From contig NC_083237.1 of NCBI RefSeq assembly GCF_032191835.1, positions 10,850,001 to 10,914,000 on the forward strand: DNA of 64,000 nucleotides, given 5' to 3'. Below, in pieces: positions 61,812 to 64,000 of this stretch; the stretch's first letter is position 1; every line of letters starts with the position of its first letter. The stretch is from Heteronotia binoei. Its lineage: Eukaryota. A program made the translations under genes and the position numbers. The notes below the pieces were generated by a model. The model was not told the origin of the DNA. It did no database searches and was given only the letters and a program-made list of their open reading frames with translations.

Positions 61812-62692
61812 CCACAGTGTATGTGTGTATATAAAATGTTTTGCCACTGTGTGACACAGAGTGTTGGACTTGAAGGGCCGTTGGCCTGATCCAACATGGC
61901 TTCTCTTATGTTCTTAGGGATGGGTGGCAGATGTTAGCATTTGGAAGGATTTTTCAAGTCACCTTCTGAAGTGTCTCAGAGTCGGCCCAAACTGCCAGTC
62001 TATTATCAGTCTACTAGTGGTTATTTTTCATTTGAGGATGACTGAGGATATACAGTGTATCTTTTTTTCCATGACCTGATCATCACAAGAAATAAAAAAG
62101 GACAAAACGTAGTCATCAAATCATAGTTTGAACTAGCTGTGAAAAGCTGGACACTGTCTCATCTTATGCTAAAATGTGGCACGGCAACAGAGACGTTTCC
62201 TTAAGTCAACATTACCTGCCAAGGCTGGAGATCTTAAAATTTTATTGTTTGACCACCATCCATTGCCCTGTGATTGGATCTGCAGGAGTACATGGAATGA
62301 ACAGCATGTCCTATTGCACAGACTGCATTGTAGATGCTGTAGCTATGACCAGTCATGCTCAGTTCAAACAGAGACCCAGGAAGTCTCTCCAGCTTCTCCT
62401 GCCCAGTACACATTTGGTTGATGTTCCAGGGCTCCTGGGCATTTGGATATGAACAATCAAAAGCTTGCTCCCAGAATTCCTTAAGAAAACCATTACCTTG
62501 TTTCTGATAAGGCTTTACGTCTTGAAGAAAGTTCTGGAAGCCATGAGGCTCACTTGAGTGAATTGTGAAGGAAATGGTTCCATGGAAGAACTGGAAATCC
62601 CAGGCTCAGTTAGTGCAAAATCAACTTGGGCTGTCATAATCCATACTTTTCTCAGGGATGCATTTTCCTTATAACTGGGATTGGCTAGAAAC

Positions 62693-63402
62693 TAGGCTTC
62701 CCAACCCTCCCGCCCTGGCGGGGGACCCCAGGATTTCCACCCTCTTCCCCCGCTCCCCCAAAAAAATGGAAGTGGGGGGAGGGGGGAAACGGCGCCAAGG
62801 AGCATGGCAAGCCGCCCCATCCCAGAGCGGGCGAGGCCACTGCGCCGTGCCGCTGCCACCCCCTCCCTGCCCATTGCAGCTGCTCCTCCGAGATGGGCCC
62901 AGGCTGAGCCCATCTCGGAGGAGCAACCAAGAGGCGGCAGCAGCGCAGGCAAAACCAGCAAGGCAAAACTAGAGAAGGGGAGGGCGGAGACAGGCCAGGA
63001 GCATGGTGAGCTGTGAATCCGGGCCCTTCTAGGACCTGGACTCGTGGTTCGCCACGCCCCCGGTCCGCCTCCACCCCCCCCCTCCGATTTCACCCCAGAG
63101 GCGGAGCAGAGCGGGCGAGGCCGCCGCGCCACTTCCGCCCCCCCCGCCCCACCGCAGCTGCTCCTCCGAGATGGACTCAGCCTGAGCCCATCTCGGAGGA
63201 GCAGCCACGACGAGTGGAGAAGAGGCGGCAGCAGCGCAGCGGCGTTGCCCGCTCCGAGACGGGGTGGCTCACCACGCTCCCCGGTGCCATTTCTCCCCTC
63301 CCCCCTAGCTCCACCCCAGTGTCTCTTGGCTCCACCCCCAAAGTCTCCTGGCTCCACCCCCAAAGTCCCCAGATATTTCTGGGATTGGACTTGGCAACCC
63401 TA
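62693..63402. mobile_element. GC-rich hAT-type MITE inserted in V2R-C exon 3
   Basis: Ends taggcttcccaa / ttggcaacccta with 8-bp TSD CTAGAAAC (62685-62692 / 63403-63410). Confidence 0.9.
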
Positions 63403-63971
63403 CTAGAAACATATGAGTGATGAATAATGCAAGCACGCCAGAGTCCCCATAGAACATAAAAGTATTGGCTTTGCTATCTCTGAAAGGTAGATGAATAGTG
63501 AAAAGTATATCGACAATATCTTCCACTAAATTCCAGTGGAAATATCTGAGGACTCTGTGTCTAAAAGCCAAACAGATGCCATTTTGGGAAAGCAGTGGCT
63601 CCAGGACGTTCAAGAAATATTCTCCATTGTCATCATCTACAACAAAAAGACCAACCCAGGCCCACTGGAAATGGAGAAGCAAAAGGATGATCCCCATATT
63701 CTGATGGTCTTCATTTGAGACCATGCGGTAAAAGGAAGTGGACACTTTTGCATCTGCCACATCTGGGGCAAAAGATTCATAAGTCAGCTAAAAATAAATG
63801 TACATTAGACAATGTATATTAGATATGTGTTAGAAGGGCTGTTTGAATGCAGGTGATTATAGAAATGTTTTTTTATTAATAATTATTACTTATTAGATTT
63901 GCTCAGTCCCAAAGAACAGGGCTCATGGCAGTGTGCAACACAGTTTCACATAATACATCATTATAAACAGA

Positions 63972-64000
63972 TTGGTGCGGAGTGGTAAAGCTGCAGTACT
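63972..64000 (+). mobile_element. Start of a tRNA-derived SINE head, cut by the window edge
   Basis: tggtgcggagtggtaaagctgcagtact resembles the head of the 10800-11087 family. Confidence 0.45.

Larger units (their letters stand above)
57363..61914 (+). mobile_element. Full-length CR1 LINE (about 4.55 kb), antisense within V2R-C intron 3
   Basis: 5' UTR, ORF1, ORF2 and 3' UTR with (TTCTTATG) tail; flanked by TAGGGAT direct repeats (57356-57362 / 61915-61921). Confidence 0.93.
50948..63787 (-). pseudogene. V2R pseudogene (copy C): exons 3, 4 and 5 present; exons 1-2 beyond the window; exon 6 not found
   Basis: Exon 3 (63787-62216) has a 710-bp MITE plus a 10-bp deletion near 62597. Exon 4 (53977-53750) is open. 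Exon 5 (51074-50948) has an in-frame TAG (VVPLFVCND*CTPG). Confidence 0.9.

Noticed and set aside
62658-63420. Several overlapping ORFs up to 223 aa
   Set aside because: GC-rich MITE interior with few stop codons; low-complexity translations.

Overview
Vertebrate genomic DNA from a squamate reptile, most likely a gecko (inferred from the repeat families). The window is a chemosensory-receptor cluster, with every gene on the minus strand. It holds two intact single-exon olfactory receptor genes (11.4-12.4 kb, 21.3-22.3 kb) and two intact six-exon vomeronasal type-2 receptor (V2R) genes. The two V2Rs arose from a head-to-tail tandem duplication (about 29.35-38.26 kb and 38.26-48.93 kb). A third V2R is a pseudogene, with exons 3-5 at 50.9-63.8 kb. 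The rest is densely packed with nested transposable elements: a near-intact full-length CR1 LINE (57.4-61.9 kb), many truncated CR1 and L2 copies, three tRNA-derived SINE families, a 5S-derived SINE, hAT-type MITEs with 8-bp TSDs, LTR/DIRS-like repeats and two fold-back Penelope-like inserts. Most notable observations: (i) one Penelope-like fold-back carries a minimal hammerhead ribozyme, and the turn-around point of the other falls on the predicted self-cleavage site; (ii) retroposon 3' ends have been amplified into minisatellites three times independently; (iii) the V2R duplicates show strongly mosaic divergence. No prokaryote-type system such as CRISPR is present. All alignments and counts were done by eye.
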